Made by a program: the position numbers and the translations under genes
Notes under the pieces: model-generated
The model's input: only the letters and a program-made list of their open reading frames with translations
Database searches by the model: none
Told to the model about the DNA's origin: nothing
Source of the DNA: Eledone cirrhosa
Taxonomy: Eukaryota
Reading direction: 5' to 3'
Assembly: GCA_964016885.1 (NCBI GenBank)
Contig: OZ024764.1
Coordinates: 8,866,001-8,930,000 of the forward strand
Length of the DNA stretch: 64,000 nucleotides
Shown here: piece after piece, positions 42,301-57,300 of the stretch
Layout: each line of letters opens with the position of its first letter
Numbering within the stretch: position 1 is the stretch's first letter

Positions 42301-45300
42301 TCCCAAAGTCTCCATTGCTATCGGTTCATAGACCCAGAATTCCCAAAGTCTCCATTGCTATCGGTTCATAGACCCAGAATTCCCAAAGTCTCCATTGCTA
42401 TCGGTTCATAGACCCAGAATTCCCAAAGTCTCCATTGCTATCGGTTCATAGACCCAGAATTCCCAAAGTCTCCATTGCTATCGGTTCATAGACCCAGAAT
42501 TCCCAAAGTCCCATTGCTATAGGTTCATAGACCCAGAATTCCCAAAGTCCCATTGCTATAGGTTCATAGACCCAGAATTCCCAAAGTCTCCATTGCTATC
42601 GGTTCATAGACCCAGAATTCCCAAAGTCTCCATTGCTATCGGTTCATAGACCCAGAATTCCCAAAGTCTCCATTGCTATCGGTTCATAGACCCAGAATTC
42701 CCAAAGTCTCCATTGCTATAGGTTCATAGACCCAGAATTCCCAAAGTCCCATTGCTATAGGTTCATAGACCCAGAATTCCCAAAGTCTCCATTGCTATCG
42801 GTTCATAGACCCAGAATTCCCAAAGTCTCCATTGCTATAGGTTCATAGACCCAGAATTCCAAAGTCTCCATTGCTATCGGTTCATAGACCCAGAATTCCC
42901 AAAGTCTCCATTGCTATAGGTTCATAGACCCAGAATTCCCAAAGTCTCCATTGCTATCGGTTCATAGACCCAGAATTCCCAAAGTCCCATTGCTATAGGT
43001 TCATAGACCCAGAATTCCCAAAGTCTCCATTGCTATCGGTTCATAGACCCAGAATTCCCAAAGTCTCCATTGCTATAGGTTCATAGACCCAGAATTCCCA
43101 AAGTCTCCATTGCTATCGGTTCATAGACCCAGAATTCCAAAGTCCCATTGCTGTAGGTTCATAGACCCAGAATTCCAAAGTCCCATTGCTATCGGTTCAT
43201 AGACCCAGAATTCCCAAAGTCCCATTGCTATAGGTTCATAGACCCAGAATTCCCAAAGTCCCATTGCTATAGGTTCATAGACCCAGAATTCCCAAAGTCT
43301 CCATTGCTATCGGTTCATAGACCCAGAATTCCCAAAGTCTCCATTGCTATAGGTTCATAGACCCAGAATTCCCAAAGTCCCATTGCTATCGGTTCATAGA
43401 CCCAGAATTCCCAAAGTCCCATTGCTATAGGTTCATAGACCCAGAATTCCCAAAGTCTCCATTGCTATCGGTTCATAGACCCAGAATTCCCAAAGTCTCC
43501 ATTGCTATCGGTTCATAGACCCAGAATTCCCAAAGTCTCCATTGCTATCGGTTCATAGACCCAGAATTCCCAAAGTCTCCATTGCTATCGGTTCATAGAC
43601 CCAGAATTCCCAAAGTCTCCATTGCTATAGGTTCATAGACCCAGAATTCCCAAAGTCTCCATTGCTATCGGTTCATAGACCCAGAATTCCCAAAGTCTCC
43701 ATTGCTATAGGTTCATAGACCCAGAATTCCCAAAGTCTCCATTGCTATCGGTTCATAGACCAGAATTCCCAAAGTCTCCATTGCTATAGGTTCATAGACC
43801 CAGAATTCCCAAAGTCTCCATTGCTATCGGTTCATAGACCCAGAATTCCCAAAGTCTCCATTGCTATAGGTTCATAGACCCAGAATTCCAAAGTCTCCAT
43901 TGCTATCGTTCATAGACCCAGAATTCCCAAAGTCTCCATTGCTATAGGTTCATAGACCCAGAATTCCCAAAGTCCCATTGCTATCGGTTCATAGACCCAG
44001 AATTCCCAAAGTCCCATTGCTATAGGTTCATAGACCCAGAATTCCCAAAGTCTCCATTGCTATCGGTTCATAGACCCAGAATTCCCAAAGTCTCCATTGC
44101 TATCGGTTCATAGACCCAGAATTCCCAAAGTCCCATTGCTATAGGTTCATAGACCCAGAATTCCCAAAGTCTCCATTGCTATAGGTTCATAGACCCAGAA
44201 TTCCCAAAGTCCATTGCTATAGGTTCATAGACCCAGAATTCCCAAAGTCCCATTGCTATCGGTTCATAGACCCAGAATTCCCAAAGTCTCCATTGCTATA
44301 GGTTCATAGACCCAGAATTCCCAAAGTCCCATTGCTATAGGTTCATAGACCCAGAATTCCCAAAGTCTCCATTGCTATCGGTTCATAGACCCAGAATTCC
44401 CAAAGTCTCCATTGCTATCGGTTCATAGACCCAGAATTCCCAAAGTCCCATTGCTATAGGTTCATAGACCCAGAATTCCCAAAGTCTCCATTGCTATAGG
44501 TTCATAGACCCAGAATTCCCAAAGTCTCCATTGCTATAGGTTCATAGACCCAGAATTCCCAAAGTCCCATTGCTATCGGTTCATAGACCCAGAATTCCCA
44601 AAGTCCCATTGCTATCGGTTCATAGACCCAGAATTCCCAAAGTCTCCATTGCTATAGGTTCATAGACCCAGAATTCCCAAAGTCCCATTGCTATCGGTTC
44701 ATAGACCCAGAATTCCCAAAGTCCCATTGCTATCGGTTCATAGACCCAGAATTCCCAAAGTCTCCATTGCTATAGGTTCATAGACCCAGAATTCCCAAAG
44801 TCTCCATTGCTATCGGTTCATAGACCCAGAATTCCCAAAGTCCCATTGCTATCGGTTCATAGACCCAGAATTCCCAAAGTCTCCATTGCTATAGGTTCAT
44901 AGACCCAGAATTCCCAAAGTCCCATTGCTATCGGTTCATAGACCCAGAATTCCCAAAGTCCCATTGCTATCGGTTCATAGACCCAGAATTCCCAAAGTCT
45001 CCATTGCTATAGGTTCATAGACCCAGAATTCCCAAAGTCTCCATTGCTATCGGTTCATAGACCCAGAATTCCCAAAGTCCCATTGCTATCGGTTCATAGA
45101 CCCAGAATTCCCAAAGTCTCCATTGCTATAGGTTCATAGACCCAGAATTCCCAAAGTCCCATTGCTATCGGTTCATAGACCCAGAATTCCCAAAGTCCCA
45201 TTGCTATCGGTTCATAGACCCAGAATTCCCAAAGTCTCCATTGCTATAGGTTCATAGACCCAGAATTCCCAAAGTCTCCATTGCTATCGGTTCATAGACC

Positions 45301-48300
45301 CAGAATTCCCAAAGTCCCATTGCTATAGGTTCATAGACCCAGAATTCCCAAAGTCTCCATTGCTATCGGTTCATAGACCCAGAATTCCCAAAGTCTCATT
45401 GCTATCGGTTCATAGACCCAGAATTCCCAAAGTCCCATTGCTATAGGTTCATAGACCCAGAATTCCCAAAGTCTCCATTGCTATCGGTTCATAGACCCAG
45501 AATTCCCAAAGTCTCCATTGCTATCGGTTCATAGACCCAGAATTCCCAAAGTCCCATTGCTATAGGTTCATAGACCCAGAATTCCCAAAGTCTCCATTGC
45601 TATCGGTTCATAGACCCAGAATTCCCAAAGTCCCATTGCTATAGGTTCATAGACCCAGAATTCCCAAAGTCTCATTGCTATCGGTTCAATAGACCCAGAA
45701 TTCCCAAAGTCCCATTGCTATAGGTTCATAGACCCAGAATTCCCAAAGTCTCCATTGCTATCGGTTCATAGACCCAGAATTCCCAAAGTCTCCATTGCTA
45801 TCGGTTCATAGACCCAGAATTCCCAAAGTCCCATTGCTATAGGTTCATAGACCCAGAATTCCCAAAGTCTCCAATGCTATCGGTTCATAGACCCAGAATT
45901 CCCAAAGTCCCATTGCTATAGGTTCATAGACCCAGAATTCCCAAAGTCTCATTGCTATCGGTTCATAGACCCAGAATTCCCAAAGTCCCATTGCTATAGG
46001 TTCATAGACCCAGAATTCCCAAAGTCTCTATTGCTATCGGTTCATAGACCCAGAATTCCCAAAGTCTCCATTGCTATCGGTTCATAGACCCAGAATTCCC
46101 AAGTCTCCATTGCTATCGGTTCATAGACCCAGAATTCCCAAAGTCTCCATTGCTATCGGTTCATAGACCCAGAATTCCCAAAGTCCCATTGCTATAGGTT
46201 CATAGACCCAGAATTCCCAAAGTCTCCATTGCTATCGGTTCATAGACCCAGAATTCCCAAAGTCCCATTGCTATAGGTTCATAGACCCAGAATTCCCAAA
46301 GTCTCATTGCTATCGGTTCATAGACCCAGAATTCCCAAAGTCCCATTGCTATAGGTTCATAGACCCAGAATTCCCAAAGTCTCCATTGCTATCGGTTCAT
46401 AGACCCAGAATTCCCAAAGTCTCCATTGCTATCGGTTCATAGACCCAGAATTCCCAAAGTCCCATTGCTATAGGTTCATAGACCCAGAATTCCCAAAGTC
46501 TCCATTGCTATCGGTTCATAGACCCAGAATTCCAAAGTCTCCATTGCTATCGGTTCATAGACCCAGAATTCCCAAAGTCCCATTGCTATAGGTTCATAGA
46601 CCCAGAATTCCCAAAGTCTCCATTGCTATCGGTTCATAGACCCAGAATTCCCAAAGTCCCATTGCTATAGGTTCATGGACCCAGAATTCCCAAAGTCTCC
46701 ATTGCTATAGGTTCATAGACCCAGAATTCCCAAAGTCCCATTGCTATAGGTTCATGGACCCAGAATTCCCAAAGTCCCATTGCTATAGGTTCATGGACCC
46801 AGAATTCCCAAAGTCTCCATTGCTATCGGTTCATAGACCCAGAATTCCCAAAGTCTCCATTGCTATCGGTTCATAGACCCAGAATTCCCAAAGTCTCCAT
46901 TGCTATCGGTTCATAGACCCAGAATTCCCAAAGTCTCCATTGCTATCGGTTCATAGACCCAGAATTCCCAAAGTCTCCATTGCTATAGGTTCATAGACCC
47001 AGAATTCCCAAAGTCTCCATTGCTATAGGTTCATAGACCCAGAATTCCCAAAGTCCCATTGCTATAGGTTCATAGACCCAGAATTCCCAAAGTCCCATTG
47101 CTATAGGTTCATAGACCCAGAATTCCCAAAGTCTCCATTGCTATAGGTTCATAGACCCAGAATTCCCAAAGTCTCCATTGCTATCGGTTCATAGACCCAG
47201 AATTCCCAAAGTCTCCATTGCTATAGGTTCATAGACCCAGAATTCCCAAAGTCCCATTGCTATAGGTTCATAGACCCAGAATTCCCAAAGTCCCATTGCT
47301 ATAGGTTCATAGACCCAGAATTCCCAAAGTCTCCATTGCTATAGGTTCATAGACCCAGAATTCCCAAAGTCTCCATTGCTATCGGTTCATAGACCCAGAA
47401 TTCCCAAAGTCTCCATTGCTATAGGTTCATAGACCCAGAATTCCCAAAGTCTCCATTGCTATAGGTTCATAGACCCAGAATTCCCAAAGTCCATTGCTAT
47501 AGGTTCATAGACCCAGAATTCCCAAAGTCTCCATTGCTATAGGTTCATAGACCCAGAATTCCCAAAGTCTCCATTGCTATCGGTTCATAGACCCAGAATT
47601 CCCAAAGTCTCCATTGCTATAGGTTCATAGACCCAGAATTCCCAAAGTCTCCATTGCTATAGGTTCATAGACCCAGAATTCCCAAAGTCCCATTGCTATA
47701 GGTTCATAGACCCAGAATTCCCAAAGTCCCATTGCTATAGGTTCATAGACCCAGAATTCCCAAAGTCTCCATTGCTATAGGTTCATAGACCCAGAATTCC
47801 CAAAGTCTCCATTGCTATAGGTTCATAGACCCAGAATTCCCAAAGTCCCATTGCTATAGGTTCATAGACCCAGAATTCCCAAAGTCTCCATTGCTATAGG
47901 TTCATAGACCCAGAATTCCCAAAGTCTCCATTGCTATCGGTTCATAGACCCAGAATTCCCAAAGTCTCCATTGCTATAGGTTCATAGACCCAGAATTCCC
48001 AAAGTCTCCATTGCTATAGGTTCATAGACCCAGAATTCCCAAAGTCCCATTGCTATAGGTTCATAGACCCAGAATTCCCAAAGTCCCATTGCTATAGGTT
48101 CATAGACCCAGAATTCCCAAAGTCTCCATTGCTATAGGTTCATAGACCCAGAATTCCCAAAGTCTCCATTGCTATAGGTTCATAGACCCAGAATTCCCAA
48201 ACCATTGCTATAGGTTCATAGACCCAGAATTCCCAAAGTCCCATTGCTATAGGTTCATAGACCCAGAATTCCCAAAGTCCCATTGCTATAGGTTCATAGA

Positions 48301-51300
48301 CCCAGAATTCCCAAAGTTCTCCATTGCTATAGGTTTCATAGACCCAGAATTCCCAAAGTCTCCATTGCTATAGGTTCATAGACCCAGAATTCCCAAAGTC
48401 CCATTGCTATAGGTTCATAGACCCAGAATTCCCAAAGTCTCCATTGCTATAGGTTCATAGACCAGAATTCCAAAGTCTCCATTGCTATAGGTTCATAGAC
48501 CCAGAATTCCCAAAGTCTCCATTGCTATCGGTTCATAGACCCAGAATTCCCAAAGTCTCCATTGCAATAGGTTCATAGACCCAGAATTCCCAAAGTCTCC
48601 ATTGCTATAGGTTCATAGACCCAGAATTCCCAAAGTCCCATTGCTATAGGTTCATAGACCCAGAATTCCAAAGTCTCCATTGCTATAGGTTCATAGACCC
48701 AGAATTCCCAAAGTCTCCATTGCTATCGGTTCATAGACCCAGAATTCCCAAAGTCTCCATTGCTATAGGTTCATAGACCCAGAATTCCCAAAGTCTCCAT
48801 TGCTATAGGTTCATAGACCCAGAATTCCAAAGTCCCATTGCTATAGGTTCATAGACCCAGAATTCCCAAAGTCCCATTGCTATAGGTTCATAGACCCAGA
48901 ATTCCCAAAGTCTCCATTGCTATAGGTTCATAGACCCAGAATTCCCAAAGTCTCCATTGCTATCGGTTCATAGACCCAGAATTCCAAAGTCTCCATTGCT
49001 ATAGGTTCATAGACCCAGAATTCCCAAAGTCCCATTGCTATAGGTTCATAGACCCAGAATTCCCAAAGTCCCATTGCTATAGGTTCATAGACCCAGAATT
49101 CCCAAAGTCTCCATTGCTATAGGTTCATAGACCCAGAATTCCCAAAGTCTCCATTGCTATCGGTTCATAGACCCAGAATTCCCAAAGTCTCCATTGCTAT
49201 CGGTTCATAGACCCAGAATTCCCAAAGTCTCCATTGCTATCGGTTCATAGACCCAGAATTCCAAAGTCTCCATTGCTATCGGTTCATAGACCCAGAATTC
49301 CCAAAGTCTCCATTGCTATCGGTTCATAGACCCAGAATTCCCAAAGTCCCATTGCTATCGGTTCATAGACCCAGAATTCCCAAAGTCCCATTGCTATAGG
49401 TTCATAGACCCAGAATTCCCAAAGTCTCCATTGCTATCGGTTCATAGACCCAGAATTCCCAAAGTCTCCATTGCTATCGGTTCATAGACCCAGAATTCCC
49501 AAAGTCTCCATTGCTATCGGTTCATAGACCCAGAATTCCCAAAGTCCCATTGCTATCGGTTCATAGACCCAGAATTCCCAAAGTCCCATTGCTATAGGTT
49601 CATAGACCCAGAATTCCCAAAGTCCCATTGCTATAGGTTCATAGACCCAGAATTCCAAAGTCCCATTGCTATAGGTTCATAGACCCAGAATTCCCAAAGT
49701 CCCATTGCTATCGGTTCATAGACCCAGAATTCCCAAAGTCCCATTGCTATAGGTTCATAGACCCAGAATTCCCAAAGTATCCATTGCTATAGGTTCATAG
49801 ACCCAGAATTCCCAAAGTCTCCATTGCTATCGGTTCATAGACCCAGAATTCCCAAAGTCCCATTGCTATAGGTTCATAGACCCAGAATTCCCAAAGTCTC
49901 CATTGCTATCGGTTCATAGACCCAGAATTCCCAAAGTCTCCATTGCTATCGGTTCATAGACCCAGAATTCCCAAAGTCCCATTGCTATAGGTTCATAGAC
50001 CCAGAATTCCCAAAGTCTCCATTGCTATCGGTTCATAGACCCAGAATTCCCAAAGTCTCCATTGCTATAGGTTCATAGACCCAGAATTCCCAAAGTCTCC
50101 ATTGCTATCGGTTCATAGACCCAGAATTCCCAAAGTCCCATTGCTATCGGTTCATAGACCCAGAATTCCCAAAGTCTCCATTGCTATCGGTTCATAGACC
50201 CAGAATTCCCAAAGTCCCATTGCTATCGGTTCATAGACCCAGAATTCCCAAAGTCTCCATTGCTATCGGTTCATAGACCCAGAATTCCCAAAGTCCCATT
50301 GCTATCGGTTCATAGACCCAGAATTCCCAAAGTCCCATTGCTATAGGTTCATAGACCCAGAATTCCCAAAGTCTCCATTGCTATCGGTTCATAGACCCAG
50401 AATTCCCAAAGTCTCCATTGCTATAGGTTCATAGACCCAGAATTCCAAAGTCCCATTGCTATAGGTTCATAGACCCAGAATTCCCAAAGTCCCATTGCTA
50501 TCGGTTCATAGACCCAGAATTCCCAAAGTCCCATTGCTATAGGTTCATAGACCCAGAATCCCAAAGTCTCCATTGCTATAGGTTCATAGACCCAGAATTC
50601 CCAAAGTCCCATTGCTATAGGTTCATAGACCCAGAATTCCCAAAGTCCCATTGCTATAGGTTCATAGACCCAGAATTCCCAAAGTCTCCATTGCTGTCGG
50701 TTCATAGACCCAGAATTCCCAAAGTCTCCATTGCTATAGGTTCATAGACCCAGAATTCCCAAAGTCCCATTGCTATAGGTTCATAGACCCAGAATTCCCA
50801 AAGTCTCCATTGCTATCGGTTCATAGACCCAGAATTCCCAAAGTCCCATTGATATAGGTTCATAGACCCAGAATTCCCAAAGTCTCCATTGCTATCGGTT
50901 CATAGACCCAGAATTCCCAAAGTCCCATTGATATAGGTTCATAGACCCAGAATTCCCAAAGTCCCATTGATATAGGTTCATAGACCCAGAATTCCCAAAG
51001 TCCCATTGCTATAGGTTCATAGACCCAGAATTCCCAAAGTCTCCATTGCTGTCGGTTCATAGACCCAGAATTCCCAAAGTCTCCATTGCTATAGGTTCAT
51101 AGACCCAGAATTCCCAAAGTCTCCATTGCTATAGGTTCATAGACCCAGAATTCCCAAAGTCTCCATTGCTATAGGTTCATAGACCCAGAATTCCCAAAGT
51201 CTCCATTGCTATAGGTTCATAGACCCAGAATTCCCAAAGTCTCCATTGCTATAGGTTCATAGACCCAGAATTCCCAAAGTCTCCATTGCTATAGGTTCAT

Positions 51301-54300
51301 AGACCCAGAATTCCCAAAGTCTCCATTGCTATAGGTTCATAGACCCAGAATTCCCAAAGTCTCCATTGCTATAGGTTCATAGACCCAGAATTCCCAAAGT
51401 CTCCATTGCTATAGGTTCATAGACCCAGAATTCCCAAAGTCTCCATTGCTATAGGTTCATAGACCCAGAATTCCCAAAGTCCCATTGCTATAGGTTCATA
51501 GACCCAGAATTCCCAAAGTCCCATTGCTATAGGTTCATAGACCCAGAATTCCAAAGTCTCCATTGCTATAGGTTCATAGACCCAGAATTCCCAAAGTCCC
51601 ATTGCTATAGGTTCATAGACCCAGAATTCCCAAAGTCTCCATTGCTATAGGTTCATAGACCCAGAATTCCCAAAGTCTCCATTGCTATAGGTTCATAGAC
51701 CCAGAATTCCCAAAGTCTCCATTGCTGTAGGTTCATAGACCCAGAATTCCCAAAGTCCCATTGCTATAGGTTCATAGACCCAGAATTCCCAAAGTCTCCA
51801 TTGCTATCGGTTCATAGACCCAGAATTCCCAAAGTCCCATTGCTATAGGTTCATAGACCCAGAATTCCCAAAGTCTCCATTGCTATAGGTTCATAGACCC
51901 AGAATTCCCAAAGTCTCCATTGCTGTAGGTTCATAGACCCCAGAATTCCCAAAGTCCCATTGCTATAGGTTCATAGACCCAGAATTCCCAAAGTCTCCAT
52001 TGCTATAGGTTCATAGACCCAGAATTCCCAAAGTCTCCATTGCTATAGGTTCATAGACCCAGAATTCCCAAAGTCCCATTGCTATAGGTTCATAGACCCA
52101 GAATTCCCAAAGTCTCCATTGCTATAGGTTCATAGACCCAGAATTCCCAAAGTCTCCATTGCTGTCGGTTCATAGACCCAGAATTCCCAAAGTCTCCATT
52201 GCTATAGGTTCATAGACCCAGAATTCCCAAAGTCTCCATTGCTATAGGTTCATAGACCCAGAATTCCCAAAGTCTCCATTGCTGTCGGTTCATAGACCCA
52301 GAATTCCCAAAGTCTCCATTGCTATAGGTTCATAGACCCAGAATTCCCAAAGTCTCCATTGCTATAGGTTCATAGACCCAGAATTCCCAAAGTCTCCATT
52401 GCTGTAGGTTCATAGACCCAGAATTCCCAAAGTCCCATTGCTATAGGTTCATAGACCCAGAATTCCCAAAGTCTCCATTGCTATAGGTTCATAGACCCAG
52501 AATTCCCAAAGTCTCCATTGCTATAGGTTCATAGACCCAGAATTCCCAAAGTCCCATTGCTATAGGTTCATAGACCCAGAATTCCAAAGTCTCCATTGCT
52601 ATCGGTTCATAGACCCAGAATTCCCAAAGTCCCATTGCTATAGGTTCATAGACCCAGAATTCCCAAAGTCTCCATTGCTATAGGTTCATAGACCCAGAAT
52701 TCCCAAAGTCTCCATTGCTGTAGGTTCATAGACCCAGAATTCCCAAAGTCCCATTGCTATAGGTTCATAGACCCAGAATTCCCAAAGTCTCCATTGCTAT
52801 AGGTTCATAGACCCAGAATTCCCAAAGTCTCCATTGCTATAGGTTCATAGACCCAGAATTCCCAAAGTCCCATTGCTATAGGTTCATAGACCCAGAATTC
52901 CCAAAGTCTCCATTGCTATCGGTTCATAGACCCAGAATTCCCAAAGTCCCATTGCTATAGGTTCATAGACCCAGAATTCCCAAAGTCCCATTGCTATAGG
53001 TTCATAGACCCAGAATTCCAAAGTCTCCATTGCTGTCGGTTCATAGACCCAGAATTCCCAAAGTCTCCATTGCTATAGGTTCATAGACCCAGAATTCCCA
53101 AAGTCCCATTGCTATAGGTTCATAGACCCAGAATTCCCAAAGTCTCCATTGCTATCGGTTCATAGACCCAGAATTCCCAAAGTCTCATTGCTATAGGTTC
53201 ATAGACCCAGAATTCCCAAAGTCTCCATTGCTATAGGTTCATAGACCCAGAATTCCCAAAGTCCCATTGCTATAGGTTCATAGACCCAGAATTCCAAAGT
53301 CTCCATTGCTATAGGTTCATAGACCCAGAATTCCCAAAGTCTCCATTGCTATAGGTTCATAGACCCAGAATTCCCAAAGTCTCCATTGCTATAGGTTCAT
53401 AGACCCAGAATTCCCAAAGTCTCCATTGCTATCGGTTCATAGACCCAGAATTCCCAAAGTCTCATTGCTATAGGTTCATAGACCCAGAATTCCCAAAGTC
53501 TCCATTGCTATCGGTTCATAGACCCAGAATTCCCAAAGTCTCATTGCTATAGGTTCATAGACCCAGAATTCCCAAAGTCTCCATTGCTATAGGTTCATAG
53601 ACCCAGAATTCCCAAAGTCTCCATTGCTATCGGTTCATAGACCCAGAATTCCCAAAGTCTCATTGCTATAGGTTCATAGACCCAGAATTCCCAAAGTCTC
53701 CATTGCTATAGGTTCATAGACCCAGAATTCCCAAAGTCCCATTGCTATAGGTTCATAGACCCAGAATTCCCAAAGTCTCCATTGCTATAGGTTCATAGAC
53801 CCAGAATTCCCAAAGTCTCCATTGCTATAGGTTCATAGACCCAGAATTCCCAAAGTCTCCATTGCTATAGGTTCATAGACCCAGAATTCCCAAAGTCTCC
53901 ATTGCTATAGGTTCATAGACCCAGAATTCCCAAAGTCTCCATTGCTATAGGTTCATAGACCCAGAATTCCCAAAGTCTCCATTGCTATAGGTTCATAGAC
54001 CCAGAATTCCCAAAGTCCCATTGCTATAGGTTCATAGACCCAGAATTCCCAAAGTCTCCATTGCTATAGGTTCATAGACCCAGAATTCCCAAAGTCCCAT
54101 TGCTATAGGTTCATAGACCCAGAATTCCCAAAGTCTCCATTGCTATAGGTTCATAGACCCAGAATTCCCAAAGTCTCCATTGCTATAGGTTCATAGACCC
54201 AGAATTCCCAAAGTCTCCATTGCTATAGGTTCATAGACCCAGAATTCCCAAAGTCTCCATTGCTATCGGTTCATAGACCCAGAATTCCCAAAGTCTCATT

Positions 54301-57300
54301 GCTATAGGTTCATAGACCCAGAATTCCCAAAGTCTCCATTGCTATCGGTTCATAGACCCAGAATTCCCAAAGTCTCATTGCTATAGGTTCATAGACCCAG
54401 AATTCCCAAAGTCTCCATTGCTATAGGTTCATAGACCCAGAATTCCCAAAGTCTCCATTGCTATCGGTTCATAGACCCAGAATTCCCAAAGTCTCATTGC
54501 TATAGGTTCATAGACCCAGAATTCCCAAAGTCTCCATTGCTATAGGTTCATAGACCCAGAATTCCCAAAGTCCATTGCTATAGGTTCATAGACCCAGAAT
54601 TCCCAAAGTCTCCATTGCTATAGGTTCATAGACCCAGAATTCCCAAAGTCTCCATTGCTATAGGTTCATAGACCCAGAATTCCCAAAGTCTCCATTGCTA
54701 TAGGTTCATAGACCCAGAATTCCCAAAGTCTCCATTGCTATAGGTTCATAGACCCAGAATTCCCAAAGTCTCCATTGCTATAGGTTCATAGACCCAGAAT
54801 TCCCAAAGTCTCCATTGCTATAGGTTCATAGACCCAGAATTCCCAAAGTCCCATTGCTATAGGTTCATAGACCCAGAATTCCCAAAGTCTCCATTGCTAT
54901 AGGTTCATAGACCCAGAATTCCCAAAGTCCCATTGCTATAGGTTCATAGACCCAGAATTCCCAAAGTCTCCATTGCTATAGGTTCATAGACCCAGAATTC
55001 CCAAAGTCTCCATTGCTATAGGTTCATAGACCCAGAATTCCCAAAGTCTCCATTGCTATAGGTTCATAGACCCAGAATTCCCAAAGTCTCCATTGCTATA
55101 GGTTCATAGACCCAGAATTCCCAAAGTCTCCATTGCTATAGGTTCATAGACCCAGAATTCCCAAAGTCTCCATTGCTATAGGTTCATAGACCCAGAATTC
55201 CCAAAGTCCCATTGCTATAGGTTCATAGACCCAGAATTCCCAAAGTCTCCATTGCTATAGGTTCATAGATCCAGAATTCCCAAAGTCTCCATTGCTATAG
55301 GTTCATAGACCCAGAATTCCCAAAGTCTCCATTGCTATAGGTTCATAGACCCAGAATTCCCAAAGTCTCCATTGCTATAGGTTCATAGACCCAGAATTCC
55401 CAAAGTCTCCATTGCTATAGGTTCATAGACCCAGAATTCCCAAAGTCTCCATTGCTATAGGTTCATAGACCCAGAATTCCCAAAGTCTCCATTGCTATAG
55501 GTTCATAGACCCAGAATTCCCAAAGTCCCATTGCTATAGGTTCATAGACCCAGAATTCCCAAAGTCTCCATTGCTATAGGTTCATAGATCCAGAATTCCC
55601 AAAGTCCCATTGCTATAGGTTCATAGACCCAGAATTCCCAAAGTCTCCATTGCTATCGGTTCATAGACCCAGAATTCCCAAAGTCCCATTGCTATAGGTT
55701 CATAGACCCAGAATTCCCAAAGTCCCATTGCTATAGGTTCATAGACCCAGAATTCCCAAAGTCTCCATTGCTATAGGTTCATAGACCCAGAATTCCCAAA
55801 GTCTCCATTGCTATAGGTTCATAGATCCAGAATTCCCAAAGTCCCATTGCTATAGGTTCATAGACCCAGAATTCCCAAAGTCTCCATTGCTATCGGTTCA
55901 TAGACCCAGAATTCCCAAAGTCCCATTGCTATAGGTTCATAGACCCAGAATTCCCAAAGTCCCATTGCTATAGGTTCATAGACCCAGAATTCCCAAAGTC
56001 CCATTGCTATCGGTTCATAGACCCAGAATTCCCAAAGTCTCCATTGCTATAGGTTCATAGACCCAGAATTCCCAAAGTCTCCATTGCTATCGGTTCATAG
56101 ACCCAGAATTCCCAAAGTCCCATTGCTATAGGTTCATAGACCCAGAATTCCCAAAGTCCCATTGCTATAGGTTCATAGACCCAGAATTCCCAAAGTCCCA
56201 TTGCTATCGGTTCATAGACCCAGAATTCCCAAAGTCTCCATTGCTATCGGTTCATAGACCCAGAATTCCCAAAGTCTCCATTGCTATAGGTTCATAGACC
56301 CAGAATTCCCAAAGTCCCATTGCTATAGGTTCATAGACCCAGAATTCCCAAAGTCCCATTGCTATAGGTTCATAGACCCAGAATTCCCAAAGTCTCCATT
56401 GCTGTAGGTTCATAGACCCAGAATTCCCAAAGTCTCCATTGCTGTAGGTTCATAGACCCAGAATTCCCAAAGTCTCCATTGCTATCGGTTCATAGACCCA
56501 GAATTCCCAAAGTCTCCATTGCTGTAGGTTCATAGACCCAGAATTCCCAAAGTCTCCATTGCTATAGGTTCATAGACCCAGAATTCCCAAAGTCTCCATT
56601 GCTATAGGTTCATAGACCCAGAATTCCCAAAGTCTCCATTGCTATAGGTTCATAGACCCAGAATTCCCAAAGTCTCCATTGCTATAGGTTCATAGACCCA
56701 GAATTCCCAAAGTCTCCATTGCTATAGGTTCATAGACCCAGAATTCCCAAAGTCTCCATTGCTATAGGTTCATAGACCCAGAATTCCCAAAGTCTCCATT
56801 GCTATAGGTTCATAGACCCAGAATTCCCAAAGTCCCATTGCTATAGGTTCATAGACCCAGAATTCCCAAAGTCCCATTGCTATAGGTTCATAGACCCAGA
56901 ATTCCCAAAGTCCCATTGCTATAGGTTCATAGACCCAGAATTCCCAAAGTCTCATTGCTATAGGTTCATAGACCCAGAATTCCCAAAGTCCCATTGCTAT
57001 AGGTTCATAGACCCAGAATTCCCAAAGTCCCATTGCTATAGGTTCATAGACCCAGAATTCCCAAAGTCCCATTGCTATAGGTTCATAGACCCAGAATTCC
57101 CAAAGTCTCATTGCTATAGGTTCATAGACCCAGAATTCCCAAAGTCCCATTGCTATAGGTTCATAGACCCAGAATTCCCAAAGTCCCATTGCTATAGGTT
57201 CATAGACCCAGAATTCCCAAAGTCTCATTGCTATAGGTTCATAGACCCAGAATTCCCAAAGTCTCATTGCTATCGGTTCATAGACCCAGAATTCCCAAAG

